A DNA stretch of 64,000 nucleotides from Clostridia bacterium (GTDB taxonomy: Bacteria > Bacillota > Clostridia > Christensenellales > UBA1242), in assembly GCA_016297915.1 (NCBI GenBank), contig JAEDFU010000005.1, forward strand, positions 5,546-69,545, read 5' to 3'. The notes under the pieces are model-generated. The model was not told the origin of the DNA, made no database searches, and saw nothing but the letters and a program-made list of their open reading frames with translations. The position numbers and the translations under genes were made by a program. Each line of letters starts with the position of its first letter. Within the stretch, counting starts at the first letter, position 1. Below, piece after piece: positions 46,251 to 55,727 of this stretch.

Positions 46251-48566
46251 TTGACATTGGTTAAAAGTAAAGGAAAAATAAAAATATTTAAGTCCGAGAT
46301 TTTTTGCAAAATACTTGTGTACATTACAATATTTGTCTTGGTTTATGGGGTATCCCAAGTCAGTGTTTTTGGAAGCTCGCTTATGCCATTTGGAGTGGGG
46401 CTTATATTTGCACTACTTTTGCTTGACTATAGTGGATATATGCTTGCAGTAATATATTTTGTTGCAGGAATTATTTCAGACTTTGGAGTGACTGGAATAA
46501 TTGTAAATTTGAATATATCAGTAGTTTTAGCACTGGCATATTATCTTATCAAATTAAAAAAAATCAAACTAAAAAAATGGATGCTTGTAGTTCTTGCGCT
46601 ATTGGGACAATTGTCATACATTATAACAAATCTTGGATCTACTAGAGACAATTTGTCTTTGTTTGTATCAATTGTTCTTAGTCTATTCTTTTTGTTTTCG
46701 TGTGCATATTTTTTTGATGCAATAAGTGCAAAGAGACAGGGATTTTTAAATCTGGACGAAAAGATTTGTGGCGCAGTAATCTTGATACTCTTTATGTTTG
46801 GAATGAGCTCTACTAATGTATCTATTATTAATCTTGGATTTGTATTTGTGCCTTTGGTAATTTTGCTTTGTACATATGTTTTCCCAAATGACAAAGTCGT
46901 AGTTATTAGTGCAATACTTGGTGTTGGAATGTCGCTTGCACATATGTCGCAGATGTATATATCCTTGTGTGTTGTAATGGGTCTTATGTCTATAAGTTTT
47001 AGATGTAATTTTAGATATTTGAGTGCTATTGCAGTGTGTCTGGGGCATGTAATATTTACCGTGTTTTTTAATGCAGGGTTTTCTTGGGGAGAGTTGCTAA
47101 GTGTAGTGATAGGTGGCGTAATGTTTGCAATAATCCCAAATAGTGTATTGCACAAGTACAATGGAATATTTGACAGCAAATCGTTACTTACTGTCAAAAA
47201 CATTGTAGATAATTCCAAAAACCAAATAGTAACAAGAGTCAAAGAACTAAGCAAAATCTTTCTTGAAATGGACGGTGTTTATCGCAAAATGGTCAGAGGA
47301 ACGCTCCCGGATGACAAGGCAAAAGTAATGCTTAGAGAAGAACTTGTTGACATGGTCTGTAGCAAGTGTGAGAACAGAGATTATTGCTTTAGATCGAGCG
47401 GTAATTTTGTAGATAATGCAATTGACACGATTGTGTCAGTCGCTTATGATAAGGGCAAAATTTTGCTTATGGATATTCCTCAACATTTGACTAGTAATTG
47501 TAATAACACTAGTGCAATTGTAAGTTCGCTCAATAGTTTGATTTCAAGTTACAAGCAATATACTGGAGTTATAAATAATCTTGATACAAGCAGAATCCTC
47601 ATTGCAAATCAACTAAATGGCGTAAGCAAGCTACTCGATAGTCTTAGCAGTGAGGTAGATGTTAATATCAATTTTGACCACAAGTTTAATGATAGAATAA
47701 AAGAAGAGTTAAGTTACAAAAACATTATCTGTTATGCTAGTTTTGTCTACGAAAAAGATGCTTACTCAAGATATGTAAATTTGATAGTTAAGACTGAGTC
47801 AATTGACAAGGTCTTGATTGAAAAGATTGTCTCTAAGATAATTGGTGTCAAACTTATGATTAAAAATGTATCCCCAAACGATGCGGATACAAGTATGGTT
47901 TATATGGTTACAAAACCTAATTTTGATATAGCGTATGGTTCATGCGGAATTACTAAGACAGGTAAAATAGTTTCGGGTGATAGTAAGTCAATTCTCAAAA
48001 TTGATGACGGCAAATATATGGTGTCTATTTGTGATGGCATGGGTAGTGGCAAAAATGCTCACAGTATCAGTGCGCTTACAATAAGCTTGATTGAAAATTT
48101 TTATAAATGTGGATTTGATAACGATACAATTTTGAATTCTGTCAACAAACTACTATCTCTTACTGAGGAAGAAAATTTTTCAACAATAGATTTATGTTTG
48201 ATTGATGGCAAAAAGAATACTTATGACTTTGTGAAACTAGGAGCAACTACTGGGTATCTCAAGAGAGAAAATGGCGAGTGCGAAAAGATCGAGAGCAGTG
48301 GTTTGCCGATTGGTGTTCTTGAGGAAATTCGTCCACACATCACCAAAAAACTCATAAACCCATTTGACATGTTAGTCTTTGTGTCAGACGGAATTACAGA
48401 TAGTTTTGAAAACAAGCTTGACTTGTGCTTATATATTTCTCATCTAGATATTATAAACCCAATGCTACTTAGCCAAAATATTTTGGACAAGGCATTGTCT
48501 CTAAACTCAGGAATTGCAATTGACGATATGACAGTTGTTTGTGTTAGAGTCTTTGAATATGAATAA
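46251..48566 (+). CDS. spoIIE: Stage II sporulation protein E-like membrane PP2C phosphatase
   Basis: About 10 N-terminal TM helices and a C-terminal PP2C (SGDSKSI...ICDGMGSGKNAH...VSDGITD). The start is ambiguous (TTG 46251 or 46257). Confidence 0.7.
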   Translation: MTLVKSKGKIKIFKSEIFCKILVYITIFVLVYGVSQVSVFGSSLMPFGVGLIFALLLLDYSGYMLAVIYFVAGIISDFGVTGIIVNLNISVVLALAYYLIKLKKIKLKKWMLVVLALLGQLSYIITNLGSTRDNLSLFVSIVLSLFFLFSCAYFFDAISAKRQGFLNLDEKICGAVILILFMFGMSSTNVSIINLGFVFVPLVILLCTYVFPNDKVVVISAILGVGMSLAHMSQMYISLCVVMGLMSISFRCNFRYLSAIAVCLGHVIFTVFFNAGFSWGELLSVVIGGVMFAIIPNSVLHKYNGIFDSKSLLTVKNIVDNSKNQIVTRVKELSKIFLEMDGVYRKMVRGTLPDDKAKVMLREELVDMVCSKCENRDYCFRSSGNFVDNAIDTIVSVAYDKGKILLMDIPQHLTSNCNNTSAIVSSLNSLISSYKQYTGVINNLDTSRILIANQLNGVSKLLDSLSSEVDVNINFDHKFNDRIKEELSYKNIICYASFVYEKDAYSRYVNLIVKTESIDKVLIEKIVSKIIGVKLMIKNVSPNDADTSMVYMVTKPNFDIAYGSCGITKTGKIVSGDSKSILKIDDGKYMVSICDGMGSGKNAHSISALTISLIENFYKCGFDNDTILNSVNKLLSLTEEENFSTIDLCLIDGKKNTYDFVKLGATTGYLKRENGECEKIESSGLPIGVLEEIRPHITKKLINPFDMLVFVSDGITDSFENKLDLCLYISHLDIINPMLLSQNILDKALSLNSGIAIDDMTVVCVRVFEYE

Positions 48567-48617
48567 AAAAATACTCATTTAACATTGCATTATAGCATAG
48601 TCAAAATGAGTATTTTT
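48566..48617. terminator. Bidirectional intrinsic terminator
   Basis: AAAAATACTCATTT...AAAATGAGTATTTTT. Confidence 0.7.
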
Positions 48618-48619
48618 GG

Positions 48620-49501
48620 TTATTTTTTTGTAGCAGACGCTCCACAATGCGGACAAGTTGTTGCATTTGGTGAAAGTTTGGAATTGCAATAATTGCAATA
48701 AACTGCACTATCTGAAGCTTGCTCTGATGATTTATTAGTATCTAAGTCAGTATTAAATTTGTTTTCGTTGTATTTTTTGACCATCTTGCTTGCAAAGACA
48801 TTTACAGTAATTAGTGCAGCAATATCAACAACAACAAGTATCCCAAAGATTGTAAGAAGTTGTTTGTAATAAACATATTGTCCGTCACGGTTAATGTCCA
48901 TTTGATAGTAATCAAGAGGTACGCTGTCAGTTGTTGCATTCAAAAACAAAGTATCCATCGCAACATCTATAGTACTGCCAATCTCAAACTCTTTGATCTC
49001 TTGCTCGGTGTATACACAAAATGTATATCCCATATAAGATTCTGTGCCGTCTGTCATTTGATAATTAAAGTACCATTTTTTGTACTTTGGATTATAATTG
49101 TGAGAGACAACTTCGGCTTGGATACAAAATCTTTCGTCATCCATTGCGTGCTTGCACATGTTTTGATACATACTATAGTCTTGTTTGCATGTTGAAATAT
49201 TAATAATGCTAATCATTCCAACTACAATACATGCAAACAATGCTAGTCCCAAGATTACGCTCAACAACGAAAGCAATTTGTAACCAAAACTTGTAGGTTG
49301 AGTGTATGAATCGGATGAGTCTGGATTGTTTACTCTTCTATTAAGTCCACCCCAAAAGAAGATTGGAGTGACATTGACTCTTGATCCATTCCTATATGGT
49401 TGATTCGACCCCCAAGACGATCTTCCTCTGTTATGGCTTCCTCCAAAATGGCCACCACCGTGACTTCCGCCACTGCTTCCTCCGCCAAAACCTGATGGCA
49501 T
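48620..49501 (-). CDS. Hypothetical membrane protein: Gly/Ser/His-rich N-terminus, 2 TM, C-terminal zinc ribbon
   Basis: GGGAGGTG RBS before ATG 49501. MPSGFGGGSSGGSHGGGHFGGSH N-terminus. CNYCNS...CPHCG at the C-terminus. Confidence 0.5.
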   Translation of the reverse strand: MPSGFGGGSSGGSHGGGHFGGSHNRGRSSWGSNQPYRNGSRVNVTPIFFWGGLNRRVNNPDSSDSYTQPTSFGYKLLSLLSVILGLALFACIVVGMISIINISTCKQDYSMYQNMCKHAMDDERFCIQAEVVSHNYNPKYKKWYFNYQMTDGTESYMGYTFCVYTEQEIKEFEIGSTIDVAMDTLFLNATTDSVPLDYYQMDINRDGQYVYYKQLLTIFGILVVVDIAALITVNVFASKMVKKYNENKFNTDLDTNKSSEQASDSAVYCNYCNSKLSPNATTCPHCGASATKK

Positions 49502-49635
49502 AAAAACACCTCCCAAAGATTTTTTTCAATCAAATTCTATCATATAAGAATTATATTGTCAATTGTATTAAAAAATGATTTGAGAAAGTGTAATTTATTG
49601 CCTTTTGACTGTACAGATAACTGCTATAAGATATT

Positions 49636-49872
49636 TTAGTTATTGAGAAATTTGATGTCTCCACAAAGAACATCACTGTACGAAAAGCTTTTTCTATCCA
49701 AATCTACTTTGCAAGTAGGGCTTATTATAAACATGCTAGGATAAACCTGTATAATTTCGGCAGTTAGACTTACTATCTTATTTCGACCTTTGTTGACTTG
49801 CATTGCGATGTTTTGACCTTTGAGCATTTGCACTTTTTGTTTGACTTGACTGAGTGTAAAAGTTGTATTCAT
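49636..49872 (-). CDS. veg: Veg family protein
   Basis: LKGQNIAMQVNKGRNKIVSLTAEIIQVYPSMFII. AAGGAG RBS before ATG 49872. Confidence 0.8.
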   Translation of the reverse strand: MNTTFTLSQVKQKVQMLKGQNIAMQVNKGRNKIVSLTAEIIQVYPSMFIISPTCKVDLDRKSFSYSDVLCGDIKFLNN

Positions 49873-49949
49873 TTGTATCTCCTTAAAGTTTATCTGTAGT
49901 ATGTGCAAAAAAATCCTCCTTATTCTCGGATATTCATTACAATAAATAT

Positions 49950-49978
49950 TTGAATTTTTTTTGGCTGTGTGTTAAAAT
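49950..49978 (+). promoter_or_regulatory. Promoter TTGAAT-17-TAAAAT with extended -10 (TGt), placed 7 nt before the holB ATG
   Basis: Hexamers at 49950-49955 and 49973-49978, TG at 49970-49971. No SD lies between the -10 and ATG 49986. Confidence 0.5.
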
Positions 49979-49985
49979 ACTATGT

Positions 49986-50954
49986 ATGGATTTTTTTGAT
50001 TTGTATAAATTATCTCAGACCCACAAGGTTTTGAGTCAAGACCTTAGCACAAATATGCTTAATCACTGCTATTTAATAAACTCCAAGGATAGAGAGTATC
50101 TTTCGATGCTCTGCCTTTTTGCTGTCAAAGAACTTTATTGTGTAGCAGATGACAAACCTTGCAATAGTTGTATTAATTGCCAAAAGATTGAGCACGGGAA
50201 TATGGTCGACTTTGAAATTTATCCCAAGGACAAATCCTTGGTGGTTGAAGATATTTTGAATGTAGTAAGCAGTGCACAAGTAAGAGCTATGGAAAGCGAC
50301 TTCAAGGTGTTTTTGCTAAATAACTTTGACGAATGCACAATTCAAGGTCAAAACAAAATCCTTAAGACCTTGGAAGAGCCACCGAGCAATGTTATATTTA
50401 TTTTGTCATGCGAAAACTTGGGACTTGTCCTTCCAACAATTTTGAGCAGGGCAAAAAAGATTGTTGAGCCACCTTTGTCAGTAGACACTATTGACAAGTT
50501 TCTAACTGGCAAAAAGATAGAAAATAGCCAAGTTGTGGCGTCGATGTCCGACGGACTCATTACAAATGCTCTCAATATTGCTCAAAACAAAGATGCAAGC
50601 AAAATTTTGAACTTGTCTTTGGCTACTCTTACAAATCTAAAATCTACCAAAGAACTTTTGGATTATTCTAGCCAAATTCTAGCACTCAAAAAAGATATTC
50701 CGTTCTTTTTGGATACAATGCTAGCAATGCTTAGAGATATTGCTGTAGTAAACTATGGTGGGAAATTATTATTTGAAAACCTAAGTTCGGAGTACAAGAA
50801 GTTGGCTTGCGTTTATAGTAGTCAGATGATTCAAAAGATTACACAAAAAATTAATGAAATAGCTCAAAAGCAAGAGTTCAATTGCAATATGACTAGTGTT
50901 ATAGATACTCTACTTTTGGACATTTTGGAGGTAAAATTTTTATGTCAAAAATAG
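49986..50954 (+). CDS. holB: DNA polymerase III delta' subunit
   Basis: HCYLINSKD (HAYLF-like), Cys cluster CNSCINCQKI, and KILKTLEEPP sensor motif. Confidence 0.75.
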   Translation: MDFFDLYKLSQTHKVLSQDLSTNMLNHCYLINSKDREYLSMLCLFAVKELYCVADDKPCNSCINCQKIEHGNMVDFEIYPKDKSLVVEDILNVVSSAQVRAMESDFKVFLLNNFDECTIQGQNKILKTLEEPPSNVIFILSCENLGLVLPTILSRAKKIVEPPLSVDTIDKFLTGKKIENSQVVASMSDGLITNALNIAQNKDASKILNLSLATLTNLKSTKELLDYSSQILALKKDIPFFLDTMLAMLRDIAVVNYGGKLLFENLSSEYKKLACVYSSQMIQKITQKINEIAQKQEFNCNMTSVIDTLLLDILEVKFLCQK

Positions 50955-51925
50955 GCATTAAATTTGTCGACGGAGGCAAAGTATATAATGTTGAAACAAA
51001 TAAGGAATTTGAAGTTGGCAAGAATGTTGTTGTTGAAAGTATTAGAGGAATAGAGATTGCCAAAACTTGCGAGCCAGCCAAATCTAGTGATGAGGGCGAG
51101 ATAAAAACATTAATAAGACTTGCAACCGACGAAGATATCAAAAAAAGCGAAGAACTTGCTCGCAATTGTGAAAAAGTAATCAAGATTACTAATGACCTTA
51201 TTGCCAAATACAAATTGGATATGAAACTTGTCGATGTTCAATTTACTCTTGACGGTGGCAAGGTTATTATCAATTATGTATGCGAGGATAGGGTCGACTT
51301 TAGAGAACTTGTCAAGGATTTGGCTAGTACTCTCAAACTTAGGATTGAGCTTAGACAAATTGGCATTAGAGACCAAGCCAAAAAAATTGGTGGAATTGGT
51401 TTTTGTGGCAAGGAATGTTGTTGCAAAAAGTATCTAAATGACTTTGACAAAGTTAGTATCAAAATGGCCAAAACCCAAGGGCTTTCTCTAAATCCGTCTA
51501 AGATAAGTGGAATTTGCGGAAGGCTCATGTGTTGTTTGAGTTACGAAAACGAATTTTATAGCGAAGTTGCTGTCAAAATGCCAAAACTCAATTCCAAAGT
51601 TAAGACTCCAGACGGCACAGGAACAGTCATATACAATAACTTGCTCAAACAAACTGTAACTGTTAGAATTGAAAACGAGAACGAGACCAAGGTTAACGAA
51701 TATTCGCTCGAAAACATTATAGTTATCCCTAAGGAAAATGTGCAGGCTGAGCCAAAGAGACAAAATGATTTCAAAAAAGAAAAGTCAGATAAAAATCTTG
51801 AACAAAAGTCCCAAGCACAAACTCCAAGTCTTGACAAAGTCCAAAAAGACCAATCTCAGCCAAAACATAATAAGAAAAAATTTAAAAAGTTCAAAAAACA
51901 TGAAAACGATTCTAAAGCCGAATGA
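50942..51925 (+). CDS. ricT: PSP1-domain protein RicT/YaaT with Lys-rich C-terminal tail
   Basis: PSP1 core with GGIGFCGKECCCKKYL and CGRLMCCLSYE Cys motifs. Sits in the holB-ricT gene order. Confidence 0.8.
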   Translation: MSKIGIKFVDGGKVYNVETNKEFEVGKNVVVESIRGIEIAKTCEPAKSSDEGEIKTLIRLATDEDIKKSEELARNCEKVIKITNDLIAKYKLDMKLVDVQFTLDGGKVIINYVCEDRVDFRELVKDLASTLKLRIELRQIGIRDQAKKIGGIGFCGKECCCKKYLNDFDKVSIKMAKTQGLSLNPSKISGICGRLMCCLSYENEFYSEVAVKMPKLNSKVKTPDGTGTVIYNNLLKQTVTVRIENENETKVNEYSLENIIVIPKENVQAEPKRQNDFKKEKSDKNLEQKSQAQTPSLDKVQKDQSQPKHNKKKFKKFKKHENDSKAE

Positions 51926-52568
51926 AAAATTAGAAGATTTGCAACTCAATAATCTATACATAATTCAAAGCGATTTGGAGTATAGATTTACATCCGATGC
52001 AGTTGCTCTTGCCAACTTTGTGCATGTAAGCAATTTTGGCAGAGTGGTGGATTTGTGTAGCGGTAGCGGAGTTGTTGGAATTTTGGTCAATGCCAAAAAT
52101 AGAGTCAAAGATGTAACTCTTGTCGAAATCCAACAAACTCTTGCGGATATGTCGCTTAGGTCTTGTCAGTATAATAAATTAGACAATATCCGTGTGGTCA
52201 ATCAAAAACTTCAGGGTATTTCAAAAGTTATAGGTGAGGGCGTGTATGATGTAGTGGCATGCAATCCGCCCTATCAAAAACAAAACTCGACCTTGTTACT
52301 ATCCGAAAAACCAAATATTGCAATTTGCAAGCATGAAATAATGGTTACTCTAGAGGAAATTATTTTGGAAGCTGGCAAACTTCTCAAATTTGGCGGAAGT
52401 TTTTTCACAGTCAACAAAGAAGATAGACTGGTGGATATTATTTGTCTTTGCCGAAAGTATAATTTGGAGACCAAAGAAATCAAGGTGATTAAGTCCACAA
52501 AAGGCTCAAATATTGTGCTTGTCAAAGCAAAAAAAGGAGGAAAAAGCGGAGTCAAAATCTCGCTTTGA
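51900..52568 (+). CDS. SAM-dependent N6-adenine methyltransferase (YabB / tRNA m6A37-like)
   Basis: VVDLCSGSGVVG motif I and VVACNPPY motif IV. Start set at ATG 51900, because the track's 51738 start overlaps the ricT tail out of frame. Confidence 0.7.
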   Translation: MKTILKPNEKLEDLQLNNLYIIQSDLEYRFTSDAVALANFVHVSNFGRVVDLCSGSGVVGILVNAKNRVKDVTLVEIQQTLADMSLRSCQYNKLDNIRVVNQKLQGISKVIGEGVYDVVACNPPYQKQNSTLLLSEKPNIAICKHEIMVTLEEIILEAGKLLKFGGSFFTVNKEDRLVDIICLCRKYNLETKEIKVIKSTKGSNIVLVKAKKGGKSGVKISL

Positions 52569-52574
52569 AAAAAT

Positions 52575-53366
52575 ATGCTATATATTGTTGCAACACCTAT
52601 TGGCAATCTAAAGGAAATAACAGATAGAGCAATTGAGACTTTGAATTCTGTTGATTATATATTGTGCGAGGACACAAGAACTAGCACCACACTCCTTAAT
52701 GCTTACGATATCAAAAAACCACTAAAATCATATCATAAATTTAACGAGACTAAGGTTGCCCCAAGCATTATAGATGACCTAAAAAATGGCAAGGATATTG
52801 CCCTTATATCCGATGCTGGAACTCCAGGAATTAGCGATCCGGGACAAATTCTTATAAGGCTTGCAATAGATAATGACATAGATTATACAGTTGTATCGGG
52901 AGCGAGTGCTCTTATTAATGCTTTTGTTTTGAGTGGATTTGATACTCCTTTTACTTTTGTTGGCTTTTTGCCGGATAATAACACTAAGCGAAAAGAACTT
53001 TTGGCTGACCTTAAATCGATTAATTCAACACTTATATTCTACTGCTCTCCACATTCTATCACCGATGACCTTGCAGATATGTTTCAAGGCCTAGGGGATA
53101 GAAGAATTTGCGTTGTAAGAGAGATTAGCAAAAAATTTGAAGAAAAGACTTTCTGCACACTTAGTGAAGGCTACAAGGGACTTGTAAAGGGTGAATTTGT
53201 AGTTGTAGTAGACAAACCTCAAAAGGAAAATTCAGCAACCGATTTGGACGAGGACTTAAAGATTTTGCTTGGAATGGGAATATCCAAAATGGACGCAAGC
53301 AAAGTCTTGGCAAAAGCAAGAGGACTCAAAAAAAATGATGTCTACAAAAACACATTTGAAAATTGA
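52575..53366 (+). CDS. rsmI: 16S rRNA (cytidine1402-2'-O)-methyltransferase
   Basis: MLYIVATPIGNLKEITDRAIETL and ISDAGTPGISDPG motifs. Confidence 0.85.
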   Translation: MLYIVATPIGNLKEITDRAIETLNSVDYILCEDTRTSTTLLNAYDIKKPLKSYHKFNETKVAPSIIDDLKNGKDIALISDAGTPGISDPGQILIRLAIDNDIDYTVVSGASALINAFVLSGFDTPFTFVGFLPDNNTKRKELLADLKSINSTLIFYCSPHSITDDLADMFQGLGDRRICVVREISKKFEEKTFCTLSEGYKGLVKGEFVVVVDKPQKENSATDLDEDLKILLGMGISKMDASKVLAKARGLKKNDVYKNTFEN

Positions 53367-53420
53367 ATTTGAGTTTTGCCCAAAAATAGATAAAAACAAT
53401 AATGCCGATTGATGATAAAT

Positions 53421-53449
53421 AAAAAGACCTATATATCTAGGTCTTTTTT
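53421..53449. terminator. Bidirectional intrinsic terminator
   Basis: AGACCTA-tatatc-TAGGTCT flanked by A5 and T5. Confidence 0.7.
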
Positions 53450-54688
53450 CTATTTTGTTGTTTCCAAAAATCCGTCAAATTGGTGTTCTTTTGCCTCTTG
53501 TCTTATTCTATTTTGAGTGCTCATTTTTTCACGCGAGTACTCTTGCATTTCGTCAATGGTTTTTAATGCTTTTTGTCCAAACAAAAATTGAATATTTGAT
53601 CTTTGGGTTTCGGTTAATTCAATTGGTGTTACATAAAGCATACGCATAAACTCCGAAAATTCGGCAGATGCCTCAGCGTTTTTGCTATAAGACTCAATGT
53701 AACTATCTACTAGTTTGTGTGCAAACTGGTCGTCATAAGATATTTCAAGCGATTGACAGAGTATTGTAAATAACTTGTAAGGTTGTTTTTTGCAAATCTG
53801 CAAATATTGTTTGTGATCATTTGCATATAAGTCAAGGATGTCAGGATATTTTGCAAGGATACTTTCTCTAAGGTCTTTGACACTACTGCTATAAATCTCG
53901 TATTCCTCATCCGAAGTAGTCTCACTAAGTTCAAGTTTTTCTCTTTCGCTCTCGGTTGTAGCTTCTAGTTGTTTATTATATATTTCTTTTAATTTTTTAT
54001 TGCTTAGGTGTAAGTCAGGATTATTTATAAAATCAAAAAGCTCAAGAGTTTGTGTTAATGCAAATCCTCTTGCGTCCATTTCAACTTCATCATCATAATA
54101 GTCTCTGGCAGCAATCAAATTGTAATACATGCCTTTGTCATAATATTTGCGATGTGCTGGAGTGTCAGCGCCTTTTGTGGCTTCAAGTTTTTCTTGTTCG
54201 GTTAGATTTTTGTAGCTCAAAGCGGAATTGAGACTATTTAAATTTGTTTGCAAAATAGTTGGATTGAGGGTAAGCCCATCTTTCCTCTTGCCTTTAGCTT
54301 GAGCAAAATGTCTAAGTTCGTGGGCAAGGGTATTAAAGTTGAGAATAATTGCTTGTTGGTCTTGTCCAAAACTAGTAGGCACAAGAATTTCATTGGTGTT
54401 AGGATTATATGCTCCACTTTCGGCATGTCCAATTTTTGGTGAATATTTAATAGATGGAACTTGTGTGTCGCTATCAAATAGATATTCTTGTTTGAGTTTG
54501 TTTATTATGTATTGCTCAAATAACTTTATGATTTTGTTTGAAGCAAAAAACTCGGAGTTGATATCGTTTGAAAGTTCACAAATAATCTGCCATTCACTGC
54601 ATGGAGGATTGAGTCCAATCTTGTAGCCTTGGATATCCAAATTTCTGCCATAAAGTGCATTGTAAAAACTCTCGTAAAAATCCACCAT
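53450..54688 (-). CDS. Hypothetical protein with HExxH motif (putative zinc metallopeptidase-like)
   Basis: NTLAHELRHFAQ is the only recognisable motif. No signal peptide. Confidence 0.3.
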   Translation of the reverse strand: MVDFYESFYNALYGRNLDIQGYKIGLNPPCSEWQIICELSNDINSEFFASNKIIKLFEQYIINKLKQEYLFDSDTQVPSIKYSPKIGHAESGAYNPNTNEILVPTSFGQDQQAIILNFNTLAHELRHFAQAKGKRKDGLTLNPTILQTNLNSLNSALSYKNLTEQEKLEATKGADTPAHRKYYDKGMYYNLIAARDYYDDEVEMDARGFALTQTLELFDFINNPDLHLSNKKLKEIYNKQLEATTESEREKLELSETTSDEEYEIYSSSVKDLRESILAKYPDILDLYANDHKQYLQICKKQPYKLFTILCQSLEISYDDQFAHKLVDSYIESYSKNAEASAEFSEFMRMLYVTPIELTETQRSNIQFLFGQKALKTIDEMQEYSREKMSTQNRIRQEAKEHQFDGFLETTK

Positions 54689-54858
54689 TTGCTCCTTTTG
54701 TGTTTTGCCACAAATAATTCTTATTATATTAATTATAAAAAATTATGCATCACAAGTCAATAACAAACTGAAATTTATTGTGTTTTATGGGCTATTTAAG
54801 TTTTAAAAAAATATTTTTTATTGTACAATATAAAAAAATAATTTAAGGGGTTACATTT

Positions 54859-55716
54859 ATGAAACTTATCAAAAAATTAATTTGGACTATTTTAATCATT
54901 GTCTTAGTTGTGCTTCTTGTGACTGTTGGCGGATATATCTTTGTTAGAGCAAAATACAACATAGATTTGTATAATTCTGTCAAGGCACTCAAGACTATTA
55001 ACGAAAAGGTAGATGAGAGCACAATCGCTCCAAATGCAATTACGAGTTTGGATATCGAAAATGCCAAGGAGCAAACCGACATGTCGGTTCCCGGTCTAAT
55101 ATTTGTCGACGGTGAGGGCAATTATCACATAAGCATGGGCGGAACATTATCGCCTATGACTGCGTCTATCAAACTTGCAGATAATCAAGTGGCTGCTATT
55201 GCCGAAAATATTCTTCAAAACCAAATGAATGGTGCTATCAAAGTTGGCTCTAATGATGTCAAAGTGAATATTTTGCAAATAAGTTTTTCAAATATCGCAG
55301 ATGGCGGTGCAACTGTAAACATGGTTATCAAGCTTGACCTTAAGAACATTAAGCAAAGCATGAACAAGTTTCCTTTTACGCTACTCAAAAAATTCATTCC
55401 AGATACACTCTACATATCTTCGACATTTAATGTAAGTAAGACCGGAAATGCGTTTGAATACACTGTGTCACACAACAAACTTACTCTCAATAAACTCACA
55501 GCAGAGGAAACTGCGGACACATTCAAGACACTTGATGTTATTGCCAAAGTTGGCAGTGTTGAGAACTTTAATAAGAACTTGGGAACAATGTTTATGGACG
55601 CACTTGTAGGCACCGAAAGTAGCAATGGTCTAGCGTACTCACTCAAAGCACTAGGTGCAACTGATTATACTTTTGAAACTATTTCAAATATAAATTATTT
55701 TGTTGTTCAAATATAA
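54859..55716 (+). CDS. Hypothetical N-terminally membrane-anchored protein
   Basis: AAGGGG RBS. A single N-terminal TM helix (LIWTILIIVLVVLLVTVGGYIF). Confidence 0.45.
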   Translation: MKLIKKLIWTILIIVLVVLLVTVGGYIFVRAKYNIDLYNSVKALKTINEKVDESTIAPNAITSLDIENAKEQTDMSVPGLIFVDGEGNYHISMGGTLSPMTASIKLADNQVAAIAENILQNQMNGAIKVGSNDVKVNILQISFSNIADGGATVNMVIKLDLKNIKQSMNKFPFTLLKKFIPDTLYISSTFNVSKTGNAFEYTVSHNKLTLNKLTAEETADTFKTLDVIAKVGSVENFNKNLGTMFMDALVGTESSNGLAYSLKALGATDYTFETISNINYFVVQI

Positions 55717-55727
55717 AAGAGGTAAAA

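Noticed and set aside
46541-47254. 237-aa antisense ORF inside spoIIE. Similar long antisense ORFs occur at 2445-2921, 16489-16953, 15855-16214, 34626-35021 and 56202-56543.
   Set aside because: Each lies entirely opposite a well-supported gene. They have no RBS and low-complexity or hydrophobic translations typical of AT-rich antisense frames.
46251-48566. Inferring that the organism sporulates from spoIIE, whiA, veg and ricT.
   Set aside because: These genes also occur in non-sporulating Firmicutes. No spo0A, sigF/sigE or spoIIA genes are in the window, so nothing can be concluded.
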